This document shows positions 12,001-24,433 of a stretch of 64,000 bases of DNA, in pieces. The stretch comes from Botryllus schlosseri. Taxonomy: Eukaryota. The notes beneath the pieces are model-generated. The model was not told where the DNA came from, searched no databases, and worked only from the letters and a program-made list of their open reading frames with translations. A program made the position numbers and the translations under genes. Location: positions 22,258,001 through 22,322,000 of the forward strand of contig CM119371.1 of assembly GCA_051294905.1 (NCBI GenBank), in the 5' to 3' direction. The number at the start of each line of letters is the position of its first letter. Within the stretch, counting starts at the first letter, position 1.

Positions 12001-15000
12001 TTGTGACTTACTTCGCTGGGAAATATCCGTAAATGTGCCGTCAGCGCGTCAAAACGGCTTACTTTCCCTACGCCCCGTCGTCTCATTGTTTATTCGGTTT
12101 TGTCAGACGGTTTCGCCGAAATAGTGACTTGTACACCCGGCATATTTTACGTGTGCCAGCCCGGTCTTGAGAAAAGCTTATGTTTGATAACAGGGAGTCT
12201 GGTAGTGCACAGAACTGGAGGCGTTAGTTATTGTCGTAACGTGTACGCAATCAACTTCGGTGATTCATATTTGTATTTTTATGTTTGTTGATCGCATAAT
12301 TCCCCGGGTTGATGATGCAGCCGTACAGCATACTTGGTGCTGTGTAATTGCGCCCGGGGGATATCTTGAACTCTTGAAGCTTTATATATCCCTGAATTGC
12401 GCTGGGTAGATTTTATTTTGTTGGTTGTTCGTTCGTTTATTGTGTTTCTGTGGTATTGTACGAGGATTTAATGTCGTTTGTTGTCATGTTGTCAATAGTG
12501 AAGCAACATCTTTTTACATGGTGTCAAAAACTGACGAAATTAATTTCCGCCGAGGTTGAATCCCTCTTCTCTCTGCATTACTAGCGTCGGGTACAATTCA
12601 AGTGATATGTCACATCATGGAATGGATGCAACGCCAGTTGTGTCGAATCCGTCATTCTTGTTAATAACGCTACTGTCTGTTCGAAACTGCTTATATAAAC
12701 TTCCCTTGTATCGATATATCATAATAGTGACGGATGTACGGCTAGCTAGCTTGTATCCCGTGAGTTCGTAACTTTCCTGTGTCACCTGCATTGAATATGT
12801 TTTCGGCACTGTTACGAGTGAAAGTGTCATTAGAGCTCCACGAAGCAGCTCCTGTATCATCGTAACCGAATATGTTTCGGCAATTACGCCTATGTGTGTG
12901 TGTTGTCTAGTAATTGTGCATTATTCGTGAAGATGCATCTTGCAAATTCGATTAACTGCTAAATGTATGCGACCCCTCGTATAAATCTACTTTACAAATT
13001 ATTCGGTATGTCTCAAACCTTTATTTTCGACATCCGTTTGTAGTAGTTTGGTAAATTTACTTCTCTTTCGACGACCCGTGGCAGCAATACGTCTTACGTA
13101 TGTCACCTCAACTAACAGCTAGCCATCTTTGACACGTCCCCAATTCAAGCGGCCATGCGACTTTGTTGTATCATTCTTTCTGGCGAGTTAGTTCCTCCCT
13201 GATATCGTAGCACACAAAATCGCTGCCTTCCAGCGCACCTTTTCACCCGAGTCAATTAATACATCATCCGAACGCCACAGTACCGTACGGGCCCCGCGTG
13301 AGAAACAGACGATGTCTTAACGGAGTCGCTTTGATGATAATTTGCTCGTCAAATATTCCGCGGTGTTTCTGGCCGCCGAACCGAAATGACCGTGATGGCT
13401 CGTTGGTCTTTTTGGCTGCGGGTATTAGCAAAGCACACCGATTAGATCCATTCTTATGTATCTTTGCGTAGGCGCCTTATTGATGTTGCGCCGGGCCTGT
13501 TTACGTACCGTCTTGAGCGTTTTGAACCTTGACACCAGCGGAATGTTAATAGGCTGGTGACGAAACAAACGTGATTTTAGACTCGACTATGACGTGTGCG
13601 CTCGCCGGTACGAGCCGGTAACGTGGTGGTTGAGGTTTTATCAATAAACATTGGAATTTGTAGCCAGTGGGGTCAATAAACTAATACTTGTAAACTCCAG
13701 TAGAAGTAACGTGAATTTATGCTGCAATACAAGCATAAGTTCCAGTATTTCTTTCGAAGCAGGTAAAGACAACTACTCTAGGCATACTTTTGGTCAAAAG
13801 CGCAACACCGTTATGCAGAAATGGGTTTTCTTTTATCTAGATCAGGAAGGATTGATAACTGGTGCAAGACCTGAAAACTTACTCTAGTGCGATTAAAAGT
13901 CGTTTCGTTAATCCGAACCATAGAGGTACGCGCCGTCTCCGAATTTACTGTCAGATGCCTTTTTTTTTACCCGTGTGTAGGATATCCGTGCTTGGTCCGG
14001 GAGGCACTTTTATGCTTCCAGTGTTAGCTATATTGCTATGGCCATGTGTACTTGACAATAGAAGTATATACTATAACTTAACATAGTACGCCACCCCTAA
14101 TCACGGACTTCGTCGCTTGACATTCGTGCCGTGAGTCACGGCTTCGTGTTGCCTTTGTTGAAGTAACAACATTCAACATCAAACGTACTACAAAGACTCT
14201 CTTTGATTGATTGATTGACAATTGAATGGCCCTTCGCGATTTCGCCATGATATAGCAAAAGCGGATATTGATAAAACAATGACTTGCATAACTATGCTCT
14301 GATTCCAGCTACCTAATTTTCAAATAGGTGTTTGGAGAATCCACCCTTGGTATTCCGTTTCCAGTAGAAGTAGAAATACCTTCGTAAATATCAACTCCAG
14401 TACAAAAAGTAGCGATTTACAAGTAAGTAAACGGAATAGTAAAAAAGTACGCAATTTAGGTTTAGTTAGGCCTAAAAACCGGAATTATTCAAGTAGTTGC
14501 TTTTACCCGACCATAATTGGCCTTCCGAGGTGAAGGGTACTTCGTATGTTGTTCAATGGCGTCGTGCTAGGTCCTAGCGAACTGACACTGATTGTTGAAA
14601 ATGGGATGTACTTTGCTCTGTCCATTGTAAAACAGTTGACCTCGGATATGTACCCCTAACATGAACAGTTCACCATGAAACGTAATCTGCTTTAGAAAAC
14701 CGTTTCTCGCTAGCAAGGTTCCGCAGGTGGAAGCAATGTCAATATTGTCGCGTAAGTTACAAAACACGCGTCAGCAAACGTTTGTACTGTGTCGCACAAA
14801 TGGTCTACAAATAATCGAGTTAGCTTGTTCTTCCTTATTTAGACTGTGTGGGAATATTTTGACGAGATAATGCCGATTGTTGGAGCTGACCTGTGGAACT
14901 GAGAGAATGTTTGCTATGGTACTGAGAGAAGGTTTTCAGTGTCTGTTGAAATACCGAATAACAATAGCAGTTGGTTGTAACATAAGTTATAGAACTTGTA

Positions 15001-15027
15001 GTAATATATATCTTCTCTTAAAATGGA

Positions 15028-15280
15028 AATAATTGAGTAATACCGATCGCAATATGTGCAGTAGTAATCAGGAAGTCTTGCTATCTATTGTAAAATTATG
15101 TAGCTGGGATTTTCGTGAGGCAGAGGCCTAATTTACTATCTTCGCACAGGATGAGGAATAATTGAGTGATACTGATACCCATCGCAATATTATGTGCTGT
15201 TGTAATTAGGAAGTCCCGCTATCTATTTTTAAAATGGGTATCTGGAATTTCCGTGGCATAGCCCCAAATGTACTAATGCT
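15028..15280. repeat. Diverged tandem duplication, period ~129 bp
   Basis: aataattgagt...atcgcaatat...aggaagtc...gctatctatt at 15028 and 15157. Confidence 0.75.
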
Positions 15281-15490
15281 GAAAACAAAACGCATATCTT
15301 GGAAAGGGTTGGGGCAAAAAAGGCGACAGGGAAATTAGTCAGGGCAGAATAGCAGACGTCCGTCATAATTAGATTCACAGTAAATGGTTTTGCCGCGCGA
15401 AAAACGAGATTTATGCCATATTAGCTTATCTTTAATTGAGGTTAACACAGTCGCAAGTATTTTTCTCGAGATCCAAAGCGAGTGTATGCG

Positions 15491-16030
15491 AAAATTGAAG
15501 CATGACGTCACAGTGTAGATGAAGTCATACTGGGCCTACGATAACTTATCGTAGGCCCCGGTCATACAGTAGAACATACTGGATGTAATTGTGATTATGG
15601 CATGATTTCAAACAGTAACCGATCCTCAGAATAAAATTAGGTACGTAAGCGACCGTTCGTCAAAATTGAAGTATGACGTAACAGTCACAATCATATAGCT
15701 GAATACTCTGGATGTATTTGGGATTTCGGGATAGTTTGAAGCAGCGAACTGGGTAAAAGTGGTATATCATCAAAGTATCACCGGTTGAGTTGCGCTTTAG
15801 TTACATTTGAAGGAAATACGTCATAGTGTCGATGATGTCATACAGTCGGATATTCTGGATGTAATCGTTTTTTTTTCAGGGTTCGAAAGGGTCATTTAGC
15901 CCTAAAATAGAATCAGGTAAAAATTCTATATTGACAAGTATTACCCATTGGATTAGGCACAATGGAATTATGACGTCATATAGTTGCGTATTTTGGATGT
16001 AATTGGGATTTGGGGGCATGCTTTGGTAGG
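15491..16030. repeat. Degenerate tandem array, 4 units of ~130-150 bp
   Basis: Recurring tgacgtca...(c/t)tggatgta at ~15579, 15708, 15856, 15994. Confidence 0.7.
15531..15560. mobile_element. 30-bp palindromic micro-insertion with 7-bp TSD (copy 1)
   Basis: gtcatac|tgggcctacgataacttatcgtaggccccg|gtcatac; the paralogous array unit at ~15837 has a single gtcatac. Confidence 0.8.
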
Positions 16031-16584
16031 GATGGGTAGGAAGTAACCTATCGTCAAGCATAGAATTAGGTAATATTTTATATTGTCCAAACTTTACCGA
16101 TTGATTAGTGCGAATTTTTCGAAATGTGAGCAAGTCGTTAGTCAACTCTCGTAAACGTTTTCCGAATTACCACATTATGCATTTCTATTAGCTCGATTAC
16201 GGCCGTCACGAAATCGCCCTAAATATCCTTTATTTACGATCGGTAACGACCGGTTAACAGATGAAAGCGTGATTGGCCTTCACGGTAATTACGCGGTCAT
16301 TGCACAAAAGCGGGCGACATCCGCCGACCCGTTAATCAGCAGCTATAAATTACGTTACCCCAAATCGATCCCGCGCGCTCATACGCGATCGCCGGACCGT
16401 GGCGCGGTTGTATTAATCGTCACAAAGACCGGAGTGCCGAGTACTGAATCGTGCATCTGTGGCTAGACATAACTCGTCACTCCCATGTAACTATATGAGT
16501 TGCTATTACTTGTATATACCAGATAACTACCTTGGTGTAAGGGGCGAATCCAGCCAATTCTAAATGGGTAAGCAAGTCGAACTA

Positions 16585-16717
16585 CAATTCTTATGGAGAT
16601 GCATACCAGGGGTGTAGTGGGTTAGTGTAGTTGGTTATGTTCACGTGTAACAAATTTTTGCGCCTTCGCGAATACGGAAGCCTTTCCACCCCTGGTATAG
16701 ATCTCCATAAGAAATTG
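16585..16717. repeat. 133-bp inverted-repeat element with ~30-bp arms
   Basis: caattcttatggagatgcataccaggggtg vs cacccctggtatagatctccataagaaattg (2 mismatches, 1 indel). Confidence 0.75.
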
Positions 16718-17036
16718 CGTCTTTGTAACGTTCTTCACCCGTTTGAATGGACGCGAAAGCAAACTTTTATGCGCACATTCGGCTATGGTTGAAATCCCCG
16801 AAATGCTACATTTTCGTTTACAAACCTTGGACAGGCGATGGACACTTGACTGTCAGCGACGGAAGACGGTATCTATTGCCTCTGATATATTTTCAATCTG
16901 TTATAGTATACCGGGAATAGTAACTCCATATTTTCATGTCCGTAATGCAATTTTCGTGAAAGTGCTCCTCAATTTAACTTTGAAAATGAATTGGTTCCGT
17001 ATCTACGAATGGCTGTTGTTAGGTTTTGACTCCTAG

Positions 17037-17066
17037 CGAAGGCGGCAGATCAGCAGAGACGAGCAA
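17037..17066 (+). CDS. Candidate 30-bp coding micro-exon of the host gene (EGGRSAETSK)
   Basis: ttttgactcctag|...|gtacgc; phase 2 end would join the 19835 exon in frame; unconfirmed. Confidence 0.3.
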
Positions 17067-17340
17067 GTACGCATTAATTTGTATTTGCCATGGCTCATTT
17101 CCGATTTTGCCTACCTGGATTGCATCTGCTGGACATGTAGTTCCAGGAAATTTATGTCTCAAGTTAATGCAACTTCGAATGAATTGCGGTTCGCAGCTGA
17201 TTATGAACGAGGGTTTGGTCGCGTTTTACGAGAAATGCGGGCTTGAAAATTAGAATCTGTAATCCCTAACCTAATCCTGATAACTGGTACTGGGGATTCC
17301 GACACATTTTTTCCAATTTCGAATCCTCTGACTTTGAGTT

Positions 17341-17400
17341 CATAGAAATAACCAAGATTTAAAAGCCCTCCATAGAAATAACCAAGATTTAAAAGCCCTC
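17341..17400. repeat. Perfect 30-bp tandem duplication
   Basis: catagaaataaccaagatttaaaagccctc x2. Confidence 0.97.
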
Positions 17401-17426
17401 AATTTCACATACATTGGTACTGGTTG

Positions 17427-17457
17427 CGGGGCCTACGATAAGTTATCGTAGGCCCCG
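17427..17457. mobile_element. 31-bp perfect palindromic micro-insertion with 7-bp TSD (copy 2)
   Basis: ctggttg|cggggcctacgataagttatcgtaggccccg|ctggttg; 15-bp arms plus 1 central base. Confidence 0.85.
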
Positions 17458-19029
17458 CTGGTTGCTTCTGCAAACGCACCCGCGATACATTGCAAGGAAA
17501 CAGCACCCCCAGTTTGCTGTAAATAACTCTTGCGTTCTCGGTGTACCGTTGATTACCGACGAAAAAGCCAATTTATCATCCGTTAGTTATCAGACACGCA
17601 TATTTGTACATAACTCGGTCATGCGCCCGACTATTTGATTGACACATTCCGGTCAATAAATTGACGGACATCCGATTACGCGTCCAATAAATAAATTCGG
17701 TTCGCATCAATTCAGTTCATGTACGTACAGTCGTACAAGCGTTAATGACAGATTTAGGGTAAACAAAAAGTCAAGTGCGTATTGGCGTGATGTTGCCACG
17801 CAGCAGGTTTACGTAGTATGTAATGCAACTTACGTTTTAATCGGAGGATTATCCTCGCTTTTACCACCCAGGATCAGTATATAAACTGCTAACTTTGTTA
17901 CGTCACTACCATGATGCTGTTTCGTCATCATTATGCATAATGTAGGATAAAAATTGTCGAATAATCTTTGCTATAAAATGACAGCATGTTGGTGGTAGTA
18001 TATGTGCGGACCTACGCTATGCAGCGTTGTAAATGCGCCTCGCCAGAGTCATAACAAGCTATATCGTCGGAATGAAGCTAATCGTTAACCCAGTAGAACT
18101 GCAAATGACATATTTATTCTGCTGTTAGCGGTGATAGTAATGTTGGCAGACAGTGCTAAGTCCATCGCTATCGTAGTCTGCCTTATGCATCAATAGGGCG
18201 TTGATGAGATTGGCCTATATTGTCGCTGGTCGTTACTGCATAGCGTCTTTTCGACAAGCTGTCTGCCTGTCTGCGACGTTTTAGGGAAATAATTTTATGC
18301 GCTGTAATAGTACAGAACAAGCCAGTGGCTGCGGACTTGTGTGGTTTTCGAGAGCTTATTTTCAAAGTTGGCAGCTCATATCAGGTCAAGTGCAATCGTG
18401 TGCGTCTTCATTGCCTTGTATATGCGTCTGGATGAGCCTTGTGGTTGTTTTAGAGAGCGTGTGATAGGTCAGTTTTAAAGGAGTTTACATAACAAGGATG
18501 TTGCACAGTGGTCCTTGGAATTTTGGAGTAGAGAGGTGCGATGAGGCTTTGTCGCTATTTGTATACATCCGAGAATCCTATCATCGAGGAATCGAGGAGT
18601 AACATGAAGATTTTGCCAATCTTTGAACATGTATTCAACGTCCATTATCTCGTAAAATATGCGTCATAATTTCACGCAAAAACCGGTATGTTTATCATGA
18701 TTGACGACCGCGAAAAAAAACGACAAAAATACAGTCAGAAGCGGGACCGTACAGAGTATTCACTCAACTCCGACTTGGTACTCGGAGTCAGCAGCCAGTC
18801 CGATGTTGGTGACGCTGCGTCACGCTTGAACTAGCGAGAGAAATGTCGGAAGCCACAACAAAGTCGGTCGTAGTATAGCAACGTGACTGTAGCCAGTACT
18901 TGTGGCTTTATTTAGCAAGCCGAGACCGCGATTCGAGAAAAAGAGCGCAAATTTTAAACTCCACCGCTTCCAAAAGACAGTATTACTACCTTTATATAAG
19001 CAGTTTTCAGTGTTATACTGTACAAGTGT

Positions 19030-19690
19030 ATATAAGTCGGAAACCTGTTCGTAGTAGCGAAGATTTATTTCGGTATCCTGTAGTTAAGACTTCCATATGC
19101 GCAAAATGACACGAATTTCATACTCGATCGTCCCGACAAGATAACATTGGCATTTTATACCGACAATTTCTGTGTAATGCTATGTATAAATCAAGAAACA
19201 TATTCGTAGTATGGCGGTTTTACTCATTTAGTCAAGGACTCGATAATATGCGCGTAACTACACGAATTACATACTCCGTCAATGCGAAAAGAGTATATAG
19301 TAATGTTATGCTGACAGCTTTAATTGTAACAGTGTGTAGAAGTCAGAAGCCTGTTCGTAGTATGTATGTTTTAGTTGGTTAGTTAATGCCTCGATATCGG
19401 CCCAAAACGCCACAAATTTCATTCTCCATCACTCCGTAAAAAGATAGTGCTATCTTTACCGACAGTCTTCAGCACACACTATGAAGGTTGAAGTTAGGAA
19501 CCTGTTTCTAGTATGAAATTTCTACGTGTTAGTTGACGCGTACATATGCTCAAATCAAAGCGAATTTTGCACCCCGCTAGTTAGAGAGGACAGTATTTAT
19601 CTTTGAATGCCTACAGTTTTTAACGCCCCCCGATATTCAAGTCAGAAAACTGTTCGTAGTAGTTTAACAAACGGTTTTGTAGTGAGCGCG
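19030..19690. repeat. Degenerate tandem array, 5 units, period 148-154 bp
   Basis: agtcagaaacctgttcgtagta-like motif at 19035, 19189, 19341, 19492, 19640. Confidence 0.8.
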
Positions 19691-19834
19691 CACCGTCAAC
19701 ACTGTCATAATAGCAGTGTCGAAATCGTGCCGGTATTGTCGGTCACATCCGTTCGTATTGTGCGCGCGCGCATTGTTGTCCCACCGCGACATTGTCTCGT
19801 CAATATTTTGAAAGTTCACCCCGTTTTTTTCCAG

Positions 19835-20217
19835 GGAACTATCGGATAACGACACTTCGGACTCGTGCTCGATACACGAAGTACAAATCCAGTGTATAGA
19901 AGGCGCTTTATCGCCTCTCACAGTGCAAGGCAGCGTTTCGTCGGAGTTATTCGCCTACTCGCCGGTCAAAGACACTCGGGATATAACAACGGATATTACT
20001 AACTCACGTACAGCGCCTACAACACCGGCTCCGGCAGTGCCGCGGCCTCCGGATAACGCAGCACAAAATAGCCACGGGATATTATCATCGGCGGACTATA
20101 ACAAAAGCTCGGAATACGCGGTGCCTATGCGTGACATGAAAATAACGACCGTCACCTCCAAACGCGCAGTGCTCGTTAGTACAGGGAGTGAACATGACAT
20201 GGCCTCACCGAGTGCAG
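19835..20217 (+). CDS. Host gene exon A (ELSDNDTSDS...HDMASPSA)
   Basis: ccgtttttttccag| acceptor, |gtatgg donor; open frame extends ORF 19923-20276 upstream; phase 2 in, phase 1 out. Confidence 0.8.
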
Positions 20218-20324
20218 GTATGGTGGCGTGTTTTTGTTCGCAGGTAGTGAAAATAGCTGAAATATACTCGCGTTAGCGATCTATATCGAGAAACAGATAG
20301 AAAGTAAGCAGAGGTGGTCAGTGA

Positions 20325-20809
20325 AATATTGTTCAAAATTTTCTGTTCACCCCATGAAATTGTTAGGTTGTCTACAGAAACTATGCTCACCAACTTTGAC
20401 TCAATTCAAACCAGTGGAAGCGGAGTTACTGTAGTTTAAAAATTTGAATTTGAACAAAATAGTATTTACGGGGGCAAATTCTTTAATCATTTATTATCGT
20501 CCATTACTATGATTTGAAATCTCAAATTTTGAACATCAATACCTTCGTTTCTACTGGTTCGAATTGAGTGAAATTTGGTGAGCATCGTTTCTGTAGACAA
20601 CCTAACAATTTCATGGGGTGAGCGGAAAATTTTGAAAATGTTTTTATTCAATTTTTAAATAATAAATAAATATATTTCCTCTCTCGCAGCAATGCTGCTT
20701 TTGGTTGGAATTGAACCAAAACTGGTGTGCATCTTTTTTTAAGCAACTAAACAATTTTATCAAGTGGCCAGTACAATTTGAAAGAAAAAGTAATTTTTGA
20801 ACACCCCTA
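20325..20809. mobile_element. Foldback hAT MITE, left arm truncated
   Basis: Ends gtaatttttgaacaccccta; internal inverted arms (caccccatgaaattgttaggttgtctacagaaac and its reverse complement). Confidence 0.85.
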
Positions 20810-21321
20810 GTGGTGACGTGTTAATCGTTGATACCCAAGAGTTGAAATGGAAACGACGTCGTAAATCCCCAACAATTGAAAACTGTGGCGTAGGACTATG
20901 GGTTTAAAATCCTAGCCGATTAGTTCGTAGTGCAACCAGCCAAAACCTTCTTGACGACTCCAAAAAGTGGGACTACTCAGTCACTGGCCTCTTGATTACT
21001 ATTTTTACTTAGGATACATAAAACGTACACATTTCTAATCTTCAATCCTGTCCTAGTTGGTATAACGCCGCGAATTCCTGCTAAATCGCAAGCAGAGGTT
21101 GCGATTCCCAATACATCTCAAAGCTGCTTAAAGTGCGAGGGTCTGGAATGCACTGAAGTCACTAATTTAGTAGTTTCAAAAAATATTTGGTCGAAGTGTC
21201 GAATAGTTTTAGTGTCGGATCGAAGGGCTACTTTTAAAATTACAGAGTGCGTCTTGCAAAACGCAACATTAATCGCAACAAATTGGTGCAATTTTCGAAA
21301 ATATATTCACTTACCGTGGTA

Positions 21322-21337
21322 GGGGGGGGGGGGGGGG
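21322..21337 (+). repeat. G16 homopolymer
   Basis: 16 consecutive G. Confidence 0.95.
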
Positions 21338-21508
21338 CTGTTTCAGCCAATCGTTGTGGTAATATCACACCTAAACATGATGGAAACATGATATGTCGTA
21401 ACTACTTTTTATCCAAAGTCTATTAAGCGAGTCGTTTTTCCTAAAGAGATGTAGAGTAGGAGTGGGAGTAGTATAGAATATAATCACTTGAATATGTATT
21501 GCAAGTCG

Positions 21509-21888
21509 TAGGGTTACCACACGTCCTCCTTTGGAAGGATTTATCCTGCCTTTTTCAAGGAATGTCCCCCCTTCGCCCAAATGTCCTCGTTTTTAGCTTA
21601 AAATGCGCCAAAAGACCACGAAATACGGGAGATGTTGACCGAAATGTCGGTTCTTTTTGGATTCGAGTTGGAAAATGCTTTTTTTGCTGTCAACTCGGCT
21701 AATATAAGGTGAAAGCGGGTATTTCGAGAGTCGAATCGGTTAAAATGACCTTTTTTTTCTTTTTTTTGTCAACCCAATGAAATTGGCTGTATAAACATAA
21801 AAATCACCCATTTCGTCATCAGCTACAGTAACATTTGCAGCCTGTGAAAATTGTCCTTCTTTTCTGATCTCAAAATATGGTAACCCTT
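21509..21888. mobile_element. hAT MITE family E (TAGGGTTACCA ends)
   Basis: tagggttacca...tggtaaccctt; TSD gcaagtcg/gcaagaac (5/8); inverted homolog at 61927-62260. Confidence 0.8.
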
Positions 21889-22176
21889 GCAAGAACGCAA
21901 ACCGTACTTGAATATTTCGCGAAAAACTGGAGCTAGGCCACTGCGTTACTGGCCACCTCTCGAATAATATCAAAACAAAGACGCCGCACCTGCAAGAATG
22001 GGTGTTTGGCGGGCGGTAATTTTAGATTTTAAATGCGTCATCATGATGTCATCTAATATTTTGAATCCAGCCTGGTGCGTTTGCCTGCCCATTTAAGTAC
22101 TTCGAAAAATTTGAAGTACTTTATTACTGATCGGCTCTGCTTCCGTATAACGAAAGTTTACGCTTATCCGTGTTAG

Positions 22177-22277
22177 ATCGCAGAGACTCGGTTTACGACG
22201 AGGGCAACACCTACAACGGCGCCGGATACTCGACCATCGAAGAGTACGAAGAGGACCAACACTCCGTGGCGATAAAG
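22177..22277 (+). CDS. Host gene exon B (DRRDSVYDEG...HSVAIK)
   Basis: ttatccgtgttag| ... aag|gttagt; phase 1 in, phase 0 out; GC-rich codons. Confidence 0.85.
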
Positions 22278-22737
22278 GTTAGTTTTGCGTTTGAATTTCG
22301 CAACTTTTTATATAAGGGCTACTCAACGGGCTTACCGCGGACATTTTTAGTGCTAAATACGAACCTTATTTGTCATCGTATTCACATACTGTTTACCGAA
22401 ACCAAATCCATTATCGTTGATTGACTAGCTGCGATTAGGCCTTTTCGAACGTGGATTTCATGAAGAATAATAGATTTAGCATCTGTATGAACAGTGAAAA
22501 CTGTCAGCACTGTCTTCGACTCGCTCCCGCCACTGTAGAACCAAGATTTAAAGAACTAGCAAGAAAGAAAAATGATAACTCTCCGACTAGCTGTAGCTGT
22601 CACTAACAGAAAAAAATTATTCAGGTTATTGATTCTGGTAATATCGCTTTGCATGATTTTGTACATATAGTTATACCGTATTGTATTTGTATGGCGGTAA
22701 ATTATTTCATGAGATTTATTTTTCGGGGGCTCGGAAC

Positions 22738-22920
22738 CAATGCTCCCTCTTTAATTCTTCACGAGTCTGCGCGGATTCACTCACCAACTCACTGCGCGGT
22801 CCCTTGGACAACAGTCCGTAACGACTAAAGACATGAAGGTCATCACTTCGGCTTTTTCGTGCGCAGAGACCGTGTAAGCACTGCGCAATTGCGCACGCGC
22901 CCAGCTTAGAGGGAACATTG
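22738..22920. mobile_element. hAT MITE family F, 183 bp
   Basis: caatgctccctct...agagggaacattg TIR; TSD ctcggaac/gtgggaac (6/8). Confidence 0.8.
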
Positions 22921-24433
22921 GTGGGAACCCCTACCATTTCAAACTAGAAACCCCGTTCTCTTGAAATGCCGAATCTATCTCCAAGGATTCTTCACGTGGT
23001 GTTGAATCTGGTTGGTTGTGTTTTAGTTGGTTGCTTGCGGATTTGGGTCGCAAAGCATTCAAGTTTGACATTTGGGAAGCCCTTGTCTTCTGCATATCCG
23101 ATTATACGCCACACGCACAAATCCTAGTCTTTTTCCAGAATGGTAAGCGTCTGATACAAGCGAAAGTGAATGTTAAAGGTGACAGAGTCGACCAATTCAT
23201 TAAGTCGCTATTTTCATCTCTTTCGCGTGCCTTACTGTCTGCCAGTCGCGGATTGTTGTAATCATATCGTTTTAATGAGGTATCGACAGTCCGGAACCAA
23301 CTTAACAATTAGATGCTTGGCGACGACGCAGCTGTCGTCCGGATTGTGATGTGCCAAGTGTGTTCAGCGGTGTCGGCTTACAGTATTCATACACCATATG
23401 TATTCCTGATTTGTAAGTGATGCTGATCCGAATATTAAATCATATTTGCTAGAGATATCCTGCATTAATTCAAATTAGCCGTAAAATGATGATGATGTTC
23501 GATTTAAGATGTCTCAAACTCGGTGATCTTGTATGAATTCGTTTGAGCAAACGCGACGAATACCGCCCGGCCAAAAATCCGCAAAACCCGTTTACGAACC
23601 CTAGACCGACTCCGTCTCCGGACTAACCCAGTTATTGTTCCACGTGTACAGTATATTGTATAAAAGTGATTTGGCTTGGGTTCATCTCAATTTGCTAAAC
23701 TACAGTCTCGAATCCTTTCTGTTTGCTCTAGATTTCGCAGAGAAATGTCGGTTCTAAACCTTGTAGGTGGCTCGTCAAGTTGTGATGTTGTGCTTGGAAC
23801 CAATTACAGGAAATGTCCGAAATATGAGTGAAATGTATGTTCGAAAGAAGGCATTTTCAGTACGCTTGAAATCGCGAATGTCTTAGATAGCACACCGAAT
23901 TGTGATTTGCTCGAAACCAGATATATCTACACATTCTACAGCTCCAGTTATCTCTTCTCAAAACTCCTCATTACCCGCTAGAACTGCGAATAAAATAACC
24001 TGGTACAGAACTTTTAAAATACTCGTGGAACGGAAGTTAAAAAAGCTCGCGTAGATTGACCGAATTCGGGTACGGCGAATTGTAATTCGCCGAAACCTCC
24101 ACGGTACCGGTCAAAACTTTGTTTTATTTTTAAAATAATGGTTCAAAAATTCAAAAATGTTGAATGAATGAAAATGATGATATCAGGTAGACAGGTACGT
24201 CGTGCCTAATTGTAATTTACATAAAACTCCAGCGTAGCAGCAATAAATGTGTTGGATACAGTTTTACGGACATGTGCGGATCTTGCGGACTTTCGACTGA
24301 GATTGCCAGCGGCGTAATATCTGTGTATGTCATATCATGAGTTGGTGTATCTGCCGCACAAACACCAAGGACATGAATAAACAGCGTGCTATCGCTATTC
24401 CTATGTTTGATAACGGTCGCTTTCGTTTCTCAG

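Noticed and set aside
16610-16680. tagtgtagttggtta resembles a tRNA A-box (tRNA or SINE)
   Set aside because: No B-box or cloverleaf; it lies inside an inverted-repeat element
22716-23308. Long, rarely interrupted minus-strand frame
   Set aside because: Its distal part is MITE F (22738-22920); the rest has no motif or splice support
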